Shown in pieces: positions 29,144-42,892 of a stretch of 64,000 bases of DNA. This DNA is from Trichosphaerium sp. ATCC 40318 (taxonomy: Eukaryota > Protista > Tubulinea), in contig JALMLS010000403.1 in the NCBI GenBank assembly GCA_038496445.1, forward strand, positions 18,816-82,815, written 5' to 3'. The translations under genes and the position numbers were made by a program. How positions within the stretch are numbered: position 1 is the first letter of the stretch; every line of letters begins with the position of its first letter. The notes beneath the pieces are model-generated. The model did not search any database. It was not told the DNA's origin and saw only the letters and a list, made by a program, of their open reading frames with translations.

Positions 29144-30493
29144 ATGTCTGAGAAGTCTGGAGTGCTGTCAGCGCTTTACAACTATTGTGATGGACTAGTA
29201 AAGTATTTTGCTATGAGTACGCTTAAATGCGGACCAATACCCAAGCATGTCGCCATTATAATGGATGGTAACCGCCGTTATGCGCGAAGACGAAATTTGG
29301 CAGTATGGAAAGGACATAAAAGTGGAGAACAGGCTCTGGTGAAGGTACAGCGCCTCTACATACCATAAAAACATGATAAAAACGTGCTTTTTACATAAAA
29401 TTACCCAAACGGGCCTAACAATTGTTTAGACACTTAAACTATGCTTGGAGCTTGGCATAGAAACCGTAACAGTATTTGCGTGGAGTATTGATAATTTCAA
29501 GCGACAGAAAGAAGAGGTGAATAAAATAATGGCTATGGCTACAAGAAAGTGTAGGCAGCTTATAGAAGACGAGTACGAAATCATTGTATACTTTTCTGCG
29601 CTAAATGACACGGAACAGTCACCTATCAAAGAACAATCGTATACGCATATTCGGTGATACTTCTCTACTACCAGAGGAATTACAGCGTGCTATGGCAAAG
29701 GCAGAGTTACTTTCAAAAAACAACACAAAGTACGCCTTATTTTATGCTTCTATAGCGTCTATGGTGTGCTTACTAATGCTGTAGATCTAACCTGAATATT
29801 TGCTTTGCTTATAAGTCAAGTTACGAGATATACAAAGGTTGTAGAGATATTGGTGTTGCTGTAAACAAAGGGAAATTAAAAACAGAAGATATCTCACTTC
29901 CACTATTTGAACAATTTTTATACTCTCATGGATGTCAGGAGCCTGATATTATTATACGTACTTCTGGAGAAACGCGTCTGTCTGATTTTATGCTTTGGCA
30001 GGTATGTTATCAACGAAGAAACCAGAGAAATTCAAAACCTCTAAAGAATTTTTATTCATTTTTGTTTTTAGGGAGCTTACTCATGTGTGTTATATTATGA
30101 TGTGTTATGGCCTGAATTTGGTCACTACCATATGTACAGAGCTATAATAGAATATCAAAGAAACTTTGAAGTAATGCAGGCACGTTTAGAAGGAGTACCA
30201 GAAAAGCTCTTTAAAAATTCTCATAATTTTCTGACACTTTCTTGAAGGAGCGTAAACGACTTTACAAACAGGCAGCGGAAAAACAGCAAGATGATCATGA
30301 CTGTAAAATAATTAAAGATAGATTAGCAGCTGGAGATGACTTTGAAGCTTCTTTAGCCGATTTTAGAAAAAGACGAGATCTGCGCGTCTCACAGTTCATA
30401 AATGATTTGAGAAGTAAAGAAGATGAACGAAAATATGAACTATCAAAGTATTATGTCGAAGACATATCAAACAAACTAAAAAAAACATTGTAA
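29144..30493 (+). CDS. DHDDS: Dehydrodolichyl diphosphate synthase (cis-prenyltransferase)
   Basis: GPIPKHVAIIMDGNRRYAR, TVFAWSIDNFKR, PDIIIRTSGETRLSDFMLWQ and VLWPEF. Confidence 0.93.
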
Positions 30494-30805
30494 ATAAAGT
30501 AAGTCTTCAGTTAGCTCAATCGTCACGTGATTTTTTTGGCAAGTGAAAAGAACTTGTTTTGCGTGCAAGAAGAAGACTGCGTTTTCTCGCGGGATTTCAG
30601 CCCCAATGCGAGTCAACCACATTCTTACAAAAAATAATAAAACTCGTGGCTGCCTGTACCAACCGTGTTTATTGTCCAATATATCTATTACGTGACAATA
30701 TAACTCTATCCGAGTACTTTTTCTCAAAAATAAACCCACAGTGTTTGATATAAAAACAAATCAAGGTTTCACACTATAACGCTCTAGAAGATAATTTAGC
30801 ATCCA

Positions 30806-31861
30806 ATGACTCATAAATCGTCAAAATATGGGTTCTCTTCGGCAAATGCTACCGTTTATACTCTGCTAGACCTTCCCTTTGATATTCAACGGTATATGTG
30901 CGCTTTCAACGAGGAAACGTTCTCAAAGTTTCATGTACTCTCGAAAAGAGCTGCAATGAACACTCATTACAATGCCAACCTTGAAAAAAAAGGCAAGTGG
31001 ATGCGTTGGTATGAGAGTGGCCAGATATTAAGTACTGCGATGATTAAGGATGGTAAAAGAAATGGAGAAACCAAGGAGTGGTATGAAAATGGACAACTGG
31101 AGGGAGTCGTCATGTTTGTTAATGGTAAGGAAAGACAAGTGAAGCAGTGGAATGAGAATGGACAACTTTGTACAGATATCACCTACGTCAATGGCAAGCA
31201 AAACGGACAAGTGAAGCAGTTTCATGAGAATGGACAATTATATGCGGCCCTTACCTATGTAAATGGTAAGGAACATGGAGAATTGAAACAGTGGAGTGAA
31301 AATGGTACTCTGTTGTTACTTGCTAACTTTGATAATGGTATACAAATTGATGCAAAAAAGTGGCATGAGAATGGACAGGTTCATAGTTATGCTCCGTTTG
31401 TTGATGGTAAACAACATGGAGAAGTTAAGAAGTGGAGCGAAAATGGGACACTAGCATTAAGTGCCAAATTTGACAATGGTAAAAAAGTTTATGCAAAAAC
31501 CTGGCATGAGAATGGACAGGTTAATACTTACATTTTATTTTCTGATGGTAAACCAACTGGTGAGTGTAAGCAGTGGCATGAAAATGGGCAACTTGCAATG
31601 CAAATGACATATGAAGATTATAAGATAAAGGGTGAGTGTAGGCAGTGGTATGATAATGGACAACTCTCTTTAGTAACTACATCAATTAATGGCAAAAAAA
31701 CCGGTGAGTACAAAGAGTGGCATCGTAATGGACAACTTGCTGTACAAACAATATTTGCTGATGATGAACTAAACGGTGAGTACAAACAGTGGCATGAAAA
31801 CGGACAACTTGCTAGATGTACATTGTACAAAGATGGTGAAGAAATAACTGGGGACATCTAA
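30806..31861 (+). CDS. Intronless MORN-variant (YwqK-like) repeat protein with an N-terminal F-box-like motif
   Basis: About 12 repeats of ~24 aa (GExKQWHENGQL), with N-terminal LLDLPFDIQRYMCAF. Confidence 0.85.
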   Translation: MTHKSSKYGFSSANATVYTLLDLPFDIQRYMCAFNEETFSKFHVLSKRAAMNTHYNANLEKKGKWMRWYESGQILSTAMIKDGKRNGETKEWYENGQLEGVVMFVNGKERQVKQWNENGQLCTDITYVNGKQNGQVKQFHENGQLYAALTYVNGKEHGELKQWSENGTLLLLANFDNGIQIDAKKWHENGQVHSYAPFVDGKQHGEVKKWSENGTLALSAKFDNGKKVYAKTWHENGQVNTYILFSDGKPTGECKQWHENGQLAMQMTYEDYKIKGECRQWYDNGQLSLVTTSINGKKTGEYKEWHRNGQLAVQTIFADDELNGEYKQWHENGQLARCTLYKDGEEITGDI

Positions 31862-32598
31862 GAGAAGAAATACCTCAATGATTTTCCTCCAGTGTAAAAA
31901 TAAAAGTTGTTTTTTTCCACATTCAGATATTTAGTGCCTTGTACACAGCAAGGTGTATGTACTAAAGAACATTGAGGAAAGTTATGTTGGCTGCATGTGA
32001 TGAAGAACTCGCACAAGTACAACAAAGTGAAATATAAACATAGGGATTACTCTTGAAGGGCTGCCAGAAATACTTTGAACAAAATTGTATGCACGTTTTG
32101 GATTATCCGTTTTATCTCTGGATACAGTTGAAACCAATAAGAATTCTTCGGATACTAACACATAGTAAATAAACAGAATGAAATGAAGCCATTCGATCTC
32201 ATATTGACAATTTGTGATTAGTTATGCCACACGAGGGTCATGAAATCGAGAACAATAGATGTGCTACTAATCTTAAAAAACCAACATTCTGAGATTTGTT
32301 CCTACTTTCTCGTCTGGCACTGACAAATCACATGATCATACTGAACCAACAGCAACATTTTGTTGTTTGAATAAAATAAACTCGAAAAAAAACAAGCTCC
32401 ACCAGAAATAGTTTTAAAGTTAATTTTATTACATCTTTATAAACCTAAAGTACACATAGGGGTTGGGGTTTTTTGTATAATGATACAGTCTAAACAAGAC
32501 CCACTTTTTCATTAGGCTTAAAAAAAAGCCTTCAGAAAAGCGATCAATGTCCGGAAAAAGGGCTGGTTTATAAAAAAAAAGAATGCAAGTGCTTGAGT

Positions 32599-33641
32599 TT
32601 ATAAGCGCTTGAGGCTTCTTTTTTGGTTTCTCTTATTACGGTTCTTGCTTGTAGCTTTGCGTTTACCAGAGGCAGTACTCTTAGCACCTGTTTCAGACGC
32701 AGCACCACTATAAAAAAAAACACGTGTTAATTGAATGAAAAAAACGTGAAGTGTGTTTCGTCATTAGGGTTTAACGTACGTTTTGGTCTTTTCTGTTGAT
32801 GTCTTAAGACTAGGCGCATGGATTTTTGTCATCATGGCGGCATGTTTGCAGTACTCTTCGAACAAGATGTCAGGAGATGTCAAATTCAAAAAAACCCAAA
32901 TGGAATTTGTAAAGCGAGTTATTTCGTTAGAATAAGAAACAACGTCATTACTGATGTACTAGTAAGCTTACCTGAGTAGTTTTCTTGCATTAGACGAGAA
33001 GCTTCTGGATTAAGAGCGGAATCTGGGTTAGGGACAATCAAAAGGCATTTAATCGTCTAGGTAAAGCAGTTAGCGTAGAACTAAGTGATCTAAAGTGAAT
33101 CTTACCAAAAGAATGTGTTTTATGCCGAGATCTTGCTTCCAATCCTTTTTGAGTGTGTTTACACAAATCTCTCCCTTAGCAGATACGTTTGGATGGTATA
33201 TTTTTGTTACAAAGAAGCCTACAAGCGAGAACAATCAGATTTTCATTTTTTCAGTTTTTTTTTGTTTACCTTTTGGTGGGCTTGCAGGATACTCAGATCC
33301 TAGCTTCAGCTTGACACGAAACACTCCTCCGTCGTAAGGTGTGTCGCCTTCATTGGATAATTTAGTAAATGTGCTACAAAGCTTTATAGCTTTAAAAATA
33401 CGTACATGGTCCTTCAATGGTTGCGTTTATCTCTGTTATGTCGGAACTGATCAAAATTTAGAAACAAAACGGTCAAAAAACGACGTACTCGTTTGGAACA
33501 ACTTTGATACCTTCCATTGGACTCTGTGCGAATTGTTTCAATTCTTTAATCACTTTACGTAGCACGTTAGGCTTTATATTTTCGTTATTTGCCTATTAGT
33601 GGTTAGAATGCGATCTACAAGCGTGGATGTACCATCATCAT
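32599..33641 (-). CDS. UBE2S: Ubiquitin-conjugating enzyme E2 S
   Basis: NENIKPNV.., [38 protein letters not shown] and the basic tail KRSLKRL*. Confidence 0.9.
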
Positions 33642-34027
33642 GTTGTGTGTATCCTGTAACGGTTATGTAAATTTGTAGTAAGGCGGTAAACTGGATTTTG
33701 CCTGTTAAATTCCATCACTACCTTCAAGCACAATAACACTTGTCGTAACCAACGCAATACGCTGGCACCACTTCTATGATACAACTGCCTGTGTTATTCG
33801 GCGCTGCCTGTCGGTTTAAAACATCCTTAATCGGAATATCAAAAAAACAGTTGTTTCTGGGTTGTTTTACGTGTGAAAACATTACTGGCTATTTTTAAAA
33901 GTGTTCCTAGCTACTTTTATTCAAATTTTTTTTTCTATCTTTACAAACGATTCTCTCTTTTTCTTCAAATCTTCTTGCAGTTTGGGCCTCTGGATTACTG
34001 TTTTTTGCGCCAACAGTCTTATGGAGT

Positions 34028-36186
<2,159 letters not shown>

Positions 36187-36492
36187 GGTGTTGTGGTTTA
36201 ATGGGTGAGTTTTATTTGCGTCTGTTTTACCTAAAAATGTGATTTACAAAGTCTTTGCCCATCTCATCTTCAAAAGCAATCAAAGCACAAAAGTACACCG
36301 CCATCAAAAAAAGAACGCGAAAAACGTTACGTATAGCTATGAGGAGCAAAGAATTATTTTTTTTATTGAGGGAGATTGCAGGTTTTTTTTTTCGCTTTCA
36401 GAAAAAAGCATGAAAATAAGTTGACTGGATACGTCCTCCAGCGATTTTTTGTATTATACATTATGCTGCATTCAATGCATTGATTCACGTTG

Positions 36493-37965
36493 TCAACTCC
36501 CAAAAATATCACGCAGTACTAAAACACAAGATTAAACAAGGAAAAAGTGAATAAAATTTCCTCCGGTATCCTTTTGGACAGGGTTGGTACCTTGTTTTTG
36601 GTTACCAGTGAGCGTCTTAGGGAAGTCTACATTAATCGTTACGTAAATGTTACCTCTACTATCGGTAGAGTCTTTAACAGGCATTCCTTCACCCTTGGGA
36701 GCATTAGGGTGTTTCAAAGAAGAAAGCTTCGTGTCGTACTCGTAACACAACGACTTGGCCATGTTCAGTGATACCATCTCGCTCCACTACGACAACTTCA
36801 CCTCCAAAGAATGGTATCTCCTTCTTAAATCCTACCAAAGACTGTTTTTTGAAATGTAACGGTAAGTATCAAATGGTACAGTTCAACAAAAAAAAACTAC
36901 ATACTTGCACGAAGTTTATTTTCATAGTTGTCTTCAAATGTGGTGCATTCAGTTCATATTTATGGTGAGGTATAAGAAGCTATAATATGTTTAGTACTGT
37001 AATTGCAGCACTAAAAGTTGAATGAGGTTCTTCGTACCACTGTGAACACCAAATCTCCCGGCACCTTACCTTCTTCTTTATCACCTTCCTCTGAAAAGAC
37101 CTACAGAATGTGAGGCTCAACTACTACTGCGAGGTATATCGTTTGATTTAAAACACATACTATACGGTCTCCGTGTGCCATTCCTTTCTCTACATACACT
37201 GACACAGTCTCATCTCTTGTCCCTTCATCTCCAGTAGACAAAACACGATTAACCTGAAACCGAAAAATGTTAGAACCAAAAGTACAATATCATCCCTCTG
37301 AGCTAACCTCAATCATCCTTCCTTGGTACAAGTCTTCAAGAGTTACCTCTACAAACACTTCCACATCATCAGAGCGTCTAGGACCTTGACGATGACCACC
37401 GCCAAAGTGAAATTCGAAGATATCTTCAAACGGATGACCACCTCCGCCCCTGTTGAGTTAACGTTACTTTTACAAAGTATGTGACGTGGCAAATCCACCG
37501 ACATGCTGTTTGTCGTGTCTCACAACTTACCATCTGTTTCTTCCACCATTCTTTAGGCCCTCTTCACCATAACGGTCGTATTTATCTCGCTTGCCTTTGT
37601 CAGATAAAACGCCATAGGCTATAAGTGTCAGAAATCGCAATTATATGCGTAGTACCCTCTGTCAACGCTTGGAATTTCTCAGTGTCTCCGGTTGGCTGTA
37701 TTTTATTTATTAATAGTGATCAAATAACTAAACTACCTTGTCAGGATGCATTATGAGCGATTTTTTGCGGTATGCACGCTTAATTTCCTGTTGTGTTGCT
37801 ACATATTGGATTAACAGTTTAAAATGTTGACAAACGCGCTGTACCTGATTTGGGGACGCCCAAAACGGCGTAAAAATCTTTCTCACATGCTACTTGCGCA
37901 ATAAATGCAATCAATAGCAAAATGCCATACAATAACAAGCACCTACACCCTGAGGCTGTGTTCAT
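36493..37965 (-). CDS. ER-lumenal DnaJ co-chaperone (DNAJB11/ERdj3-like)
   Basis: Signal peptide, DFYAVLGV, HPD, YDRYGEEGLK, a G/F region, LEDLYQG and GEGMP..GNIYV...VDFP. Confidence 0.85.
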
Positions 37966-38118
37966 GCTGCAACAAAACGTGAGTAAATACGTACTTGATG
38001 GTTTTAGAGTCAAAAGGCGTCCTTGGCGCGATTCACTCAAAAACGCGCCAAACGTTCCGCAATAAAAGCCATCTTGCTGATAAAGTACAAAAAAAGCACT
38101 CATCCCCTTTATTCGACC

Positions 38119-41104
38119 ATGAAGCAAAAAGGGTATTCCCAGAGTACTCACGATCCATTCAGTACGTTGCCCATACGGTTAATTTTATAATAAGGTCGTA
38201 TTTAGGTCCAAATTATCGACCTCAGCAAATTACACCAATCTCTAGAAGAGCGCCTCCAATAGCGATAGAGATAACTTGTGTATCCCACAGCGTTTCTGCG
38301 TTCGCCCTAGAATGGTTCTTCGTCAACTGCGATGAGGCGCCTGTAGAAACACTTGTAGTATTAGACAGACACATAAAACCACGAAATCTATACGTCAAGT
38401 TTAGAACTCCAGAGGTACACACCGCGTGTACACGACATACCTAAAAACGATTTATACAGGATGCTCAGATCGCATTAAAGACTTTCGAAGAGAACAAGGA
38501 CGATAGGCATATTTATTCTGGTGACCCTGAAAAGCCTACAAAAGCTTTTCCGTTCTACAAATGGGACGAAATTAAGGACACAAACGACAGTAACATGGTT
38601 AGACTACCTGACCTTGGTATTGGTAAGAGAACAAGGACTTTGAAACAACAATGTCAAAAAAAAAAAAACAAAAAAAAAAGCGTGCCTGCAAGCTTGATGT
38701 AGCCCTATCAAGCCTTATGATAGCGTAGAATTTTTTTTTAATACATTAGTGAGTCATTGTTGACAAGTTTGTTAAATTTTAGGTGAAAAATCGTTAAACC
38801 CTCACTACGTTCGTGTGTTTACACCAATACAATCAATCCAGCTTCATCAGATTGTAGAAAAGTTTGAAGAACTTGGTATAGAAGTGTACGCCTTTTTTTA
38901 ATTCATTAAGAGTTGTCAAGCTTCACAGACAAAAAACAAATCTACTTCTGAGTATTTTACTAACCAATTGGGTTTTGTTTAGTGTTGGATCCTATTTGTC
39001 ACTGGCAAAGCCCCCAAATGACAGGCTTTGTTTTGTTTATTTATATAATGAACAGGACTACTTGACTGCTTTAAGTTTTGATGGTAGACTTCTTTCAAAA
39101 CGCCCTATGAGAGTTTCACGTGGACGTCGTAGCGAAGAAATGGCTAGAGAGGGAGAGATTTTAAAAGTACTTTTATCGCACCATTTTAGACATCCTTGCT
39201 GCACCTTTCTTTTTTTTTTGTCTCCTTTTATTTTGTTATCACTTTATTCATGTCTCCCTCATTCTACATAGGTAACTGTGAATTGCATACGTAAGCATCG
39301 GTTAAAACGTAATGCAAAGGCTATGGAGGAAGCTGCGTCTAATATAAATGTACACGCTTGGGGAGGTACCCGTTACAATGCATTAGAACCTACTCCATCA
39401 AGAAGTTCACAAAAAGAAGTCTCATCATTTGAAGATATCACTTCTTCGCCATTCAAAGAAGTATATGGTACCCGTTACAATGCATTAGAACCCACTCCAT
39501 CAAGAAGTTCACGAAAAGCACCAAAGCGAAAGATGGAAGTTAAGAAAAAGACTATGGAGCAACCTGTGTCTAAGACAGTACATGGTACCCGTTACAATGC
39601 ATTAGAACCTACTCCATCAAGAAACTCACAAAAAGAAGCCTCATTTGAAAATATCACTTTTTCGCCGCTCAAAAAAAGGACTGAGACAACGACAACAAAC
39701 AACAAAGTTACTTCTTCAGCAGCCACGAAAAAAACAACAGCAAAAAAAAAATCGGCTGAGAAGCGTCCTGGACCTGCATGCAATACATGTCGTATTAAAC
39801 ACCGTGGATGTGATCGTAAGAAACCTTGTGGTAATTGTAATAAGAGAGGTATTGAGTGTACATACCCTGACGGAAAGAAAAGACGGGGTTCAACTTCTGG
39901 AAAGACGAAATCAAAACAACATGTCAAGGTTTTACCAACAGATGGTATGGATATTGATGATAAAGTTTCTGAGAGCGCTAAGCGTATTGTAATAAGACAA
40001 TTAGCTATATCAAAAGAGAAGGCCGCATTAACAGTTGCAAAGACAGAGAACATAAAGAAGGAAAGTGATTCAGATGCTAGAAAGGCTAGACTTCAAAGGA
40101 GAAGTGCTATACGTGAAAGGGTGCTTCAAGAATCTTTGAGCAACAGCAGTGATGATTGTGGTGAAGATAGTGATGATAGAAGGTTGGCTGATGAGATGGA
40201 TATTGATGATATTGATAGCAATAACTACAAGAGTACAAGTACAATGAGTGTTTCTCCCAGAAAGCAACCTAAGATTCTTCCATTCTTCAAAAAAAATACA
40301 TTAAGTGAATCACCAGTTTCTCCTCTTGTTACTTCTTCTTCTCATGTTAAGTCTAAAGTAGACCAAGCAAGGAAAGATGTAACAGAGAATAATACTGTGA
40401 TTCCAAAGAAAGCTACTAGCAAGAAGAGAAAGTCTGTTGTTCTTGATATAGACGTAACTGAAGAAGACATTAAGGAATACAAACGTCAAAAAGTGGCAAC
40501 TTCATCATCGCCACATGTGCCTAGTACTCCAACTGCTACTCAAGATGTGCCTTCTCCTAGCACTGAAATCACTCCTTCAAAATGGACAGGACTTTTAGTT
40601 ATGAAGGGAATCAAACTGTTCCCTGTTACATGTCTTCTCTTGGAAGGAATATCCTTGTACGTCTTTTTTCTTATTTCATCTCTTTTTTTGACGAAATTTC
40701 CTTATGCGAATGCCACACGATTGTTATTGCTTCTTTTTATATTTGTCAAACAAGTTGACAATACAAAAAAAGTATTTGTATACAGTGATACATCAGCTAG
40801 GCCTTGGTCTTGGAAAACAACGCAGAAATGTTTTTTTTTTTTTGGCTGATTTTTTTTTAGACCAAAGAAGCTGAACTGTACTAAGATGATACCTTTGGAT
40901 AATGCAAAGAAACAGAGTTCAGGTTGGTTATCATTTGATATGATGAGCTTGAGGGTGGGTAAACGATATAACCAAGCACGTGATTTGCTTCACAAACAGA
41001 AAAAAATACTTGCTTGTGTTATTGGTGAAAAACGTAGAAAACTGTTTATTTTTCCACCAGAACAGAATTCAGTAGTATTACCTTGTAAATTAGAACATAA
41101 ATAG
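38119..41104 (+). CDS. SPEN-like protein: two degenerate RRMs, 3 peptide repeats, Zn(II)2Cys6 cluster and C-terminal SPOC-like domain
   Basis: RRM-like LYVKFRTPEDAQIAL and LCFVYLYNEQDYLTALSFDGRLL..RPMRV; ACNTCRIKHRGCDRKKPCGNCNKRGIECTY; SPOC-like KWTGLLVMK...KLFIFPP. Confidence 0.7.
39365..39630 (+). repeat. Three near-identical ~45-nt coding repeats (GTRYNALEPTPSR)
   Basis: ggtacccgttacaatgcattagaaccYactccatcaagaa occurs at 39365, 39467 and 39584, all in frame. Confidence 0.95.
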
Positions 41105-41414
41105 AAATGATAATAAAAATAAAGTAAAAGATGTATACACAACTGTTTGGCAAAATACAATATTACATGGACGAACACGGTCAATGATCTTAACCAGTTA
41201 AAAAGGAAACAAAGATAACCTTAATTTTTTGATCTTTGGATTGCAACGATATTTACCTTCAAATGAACTCTCCAACCTAGCTGTATGCAACCATAGTCTC
41301 ACAGTGCCTCAAGGCAAACAGTTTTTTTAGTTGCTTTCAGTTAAACTACATTTCAAACCAAAGATGTTCTTTTTATTGTTGCATGCTTTTTGTCGAGCAG
41401 TGACAACGTAATAA

Positions 41415-42187
41415 TTAAACACAGTCAACACTAGCACATTTCATTCTCCATATTCTATCTGGGCCTCTGTATTGACAGAATAAATAACTACAAACCACTT
41501 AGACTTAGCTTACCCATATTGACTTTCAATCCCAACCATGTATGGCGCAAATGGTGGACAGTTTATATCACCTTGACCATTAAGCCCAGGCACTTGATTA
41601 AAAACATCTACTACAAGTTAACAATATCATTAATCAGAACAAACTGCACCTAGCCAGAAATTACTTGTAGTAGTGCAAGTCAACGAAGCATGTGTTCTTG
41701 TTATTGTTAGCAACACCTTCTTTAAAGTTACAAACAAGTTTTAAATGTACCTGCACCGGAATCCGAATGACCTATCCAAAGCAGGAGGGATCCAATTTGT
41801 TCCAGAGACAGCTAAGAAGATCATGTGAGAAAGCATTTAGTGTATAGGGATCAACATACCATCAAAAACATATCCGCCCGGACACTCAAAAGTAAAATCA
41901 GATCCGTAAGCGGAATTGAAGTTTGTGTGTGAGCCTGTGAACACAAGTCCATTGTCTGTACATCGCCAACGAAACCTACGTGGTAAACCGGAAGCTGCTG
42001 CTGTACGAACACCAGCAAACCCACCAGTAGGGCACCATCTAGCCCATATAACATTCGCTGGAGTAGCGATTGGTGGTTGAGATGGCACAATGGCAGCAAG
42101 ACAACTTATTGGTTTAGTATGAAGGTTACCAGCACTCTCAACGTACGTTGAAAACAAGAGTGAGATGAGGAAGACGTGCAGCGACAT
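41415..42187 (-). CDS. Secreted dermatopontin-like Cys-repeat protein
   Basis: Signal peptide, then three CP..-to-(D)R.[WF]...C modules: RRFRWRC, DRSFGFRC and DRIWRMKC. Confidence 0.6.
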
Positions 42188-42892
42188 GCGGATGTTAATT
42201 GTTTTTTGCTATTGAATTAAGCCACATAACGAAGTACTGGGAACAATCACGTGAATCTTATGAAGACAGCCTGCTGTATAGGGATTGCAAGAGCAAGTTC
42301 TTCAAATAGTAGGAGAATTACGCGCTCCGCTTACTCATGAGTTCACTTAACAGCGGTATGGTTCAGAACCTTGTTGTATAATTCACGTGAATATCGAACC
42401 GTCAGTTACATGTTGTACTGGGCGGGAAGTTCTATTTGATACCACTACTGTAATTGCAACTTGCAATAAAAAGGTATTCACTTAACTTTTTCCTTGCTGT
42501 TGTTGAAGTTACTTAGTTATGCCGGCTTTCTCGTTATTCTTCACAAATAAGATTTTTTGTAGGCTTCGCAATCATAGACGAATTTTTATAGTCAAATGTG
42601 CTGTCTAGACGGTAAAGAAACTCTTCCATATTTTTTGCGAGAAGAGAAAACACGTGATATTCGTATTTCAAAGATGGTTCTGTGATGATCGTGGTCGATT
42701 TTACATCAATTTAAGTTTATTATCGTTTTAAAACAATGTTGTGTTGAAAAAATAATCAATGGTTGGCCCACCCACCGGGTTATTGAGCTTAAGTAAGCAC
42801 CAAAAGAGTATAAGTAAGCTCTTCTAACATCTGTTACTTTGACATACTTTTTTTTAAGACAAAAGGTGGTGAGTCGGTACCATACTACTGTC

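Noticed and set aside
30180-30247. GC-AG intron in DHDDS
   Set aside because: An in-frame GTAC donor 15 nt downstream explains the splice equally well.
32858-32972. Intronic C/D snoRNA in UBE2S (and in the MLH1 intron at 22362-22528)
   Set aside because: The C and D boxes are degenerate and I recognised no rRNA guide.
39365-39630. CRISPR-like repeat-spacer pattern
   Set aside because: There are only three copies, all in frame in a eukaryotic exon, with spacers that are too long and partly homologous, and no cas genes.
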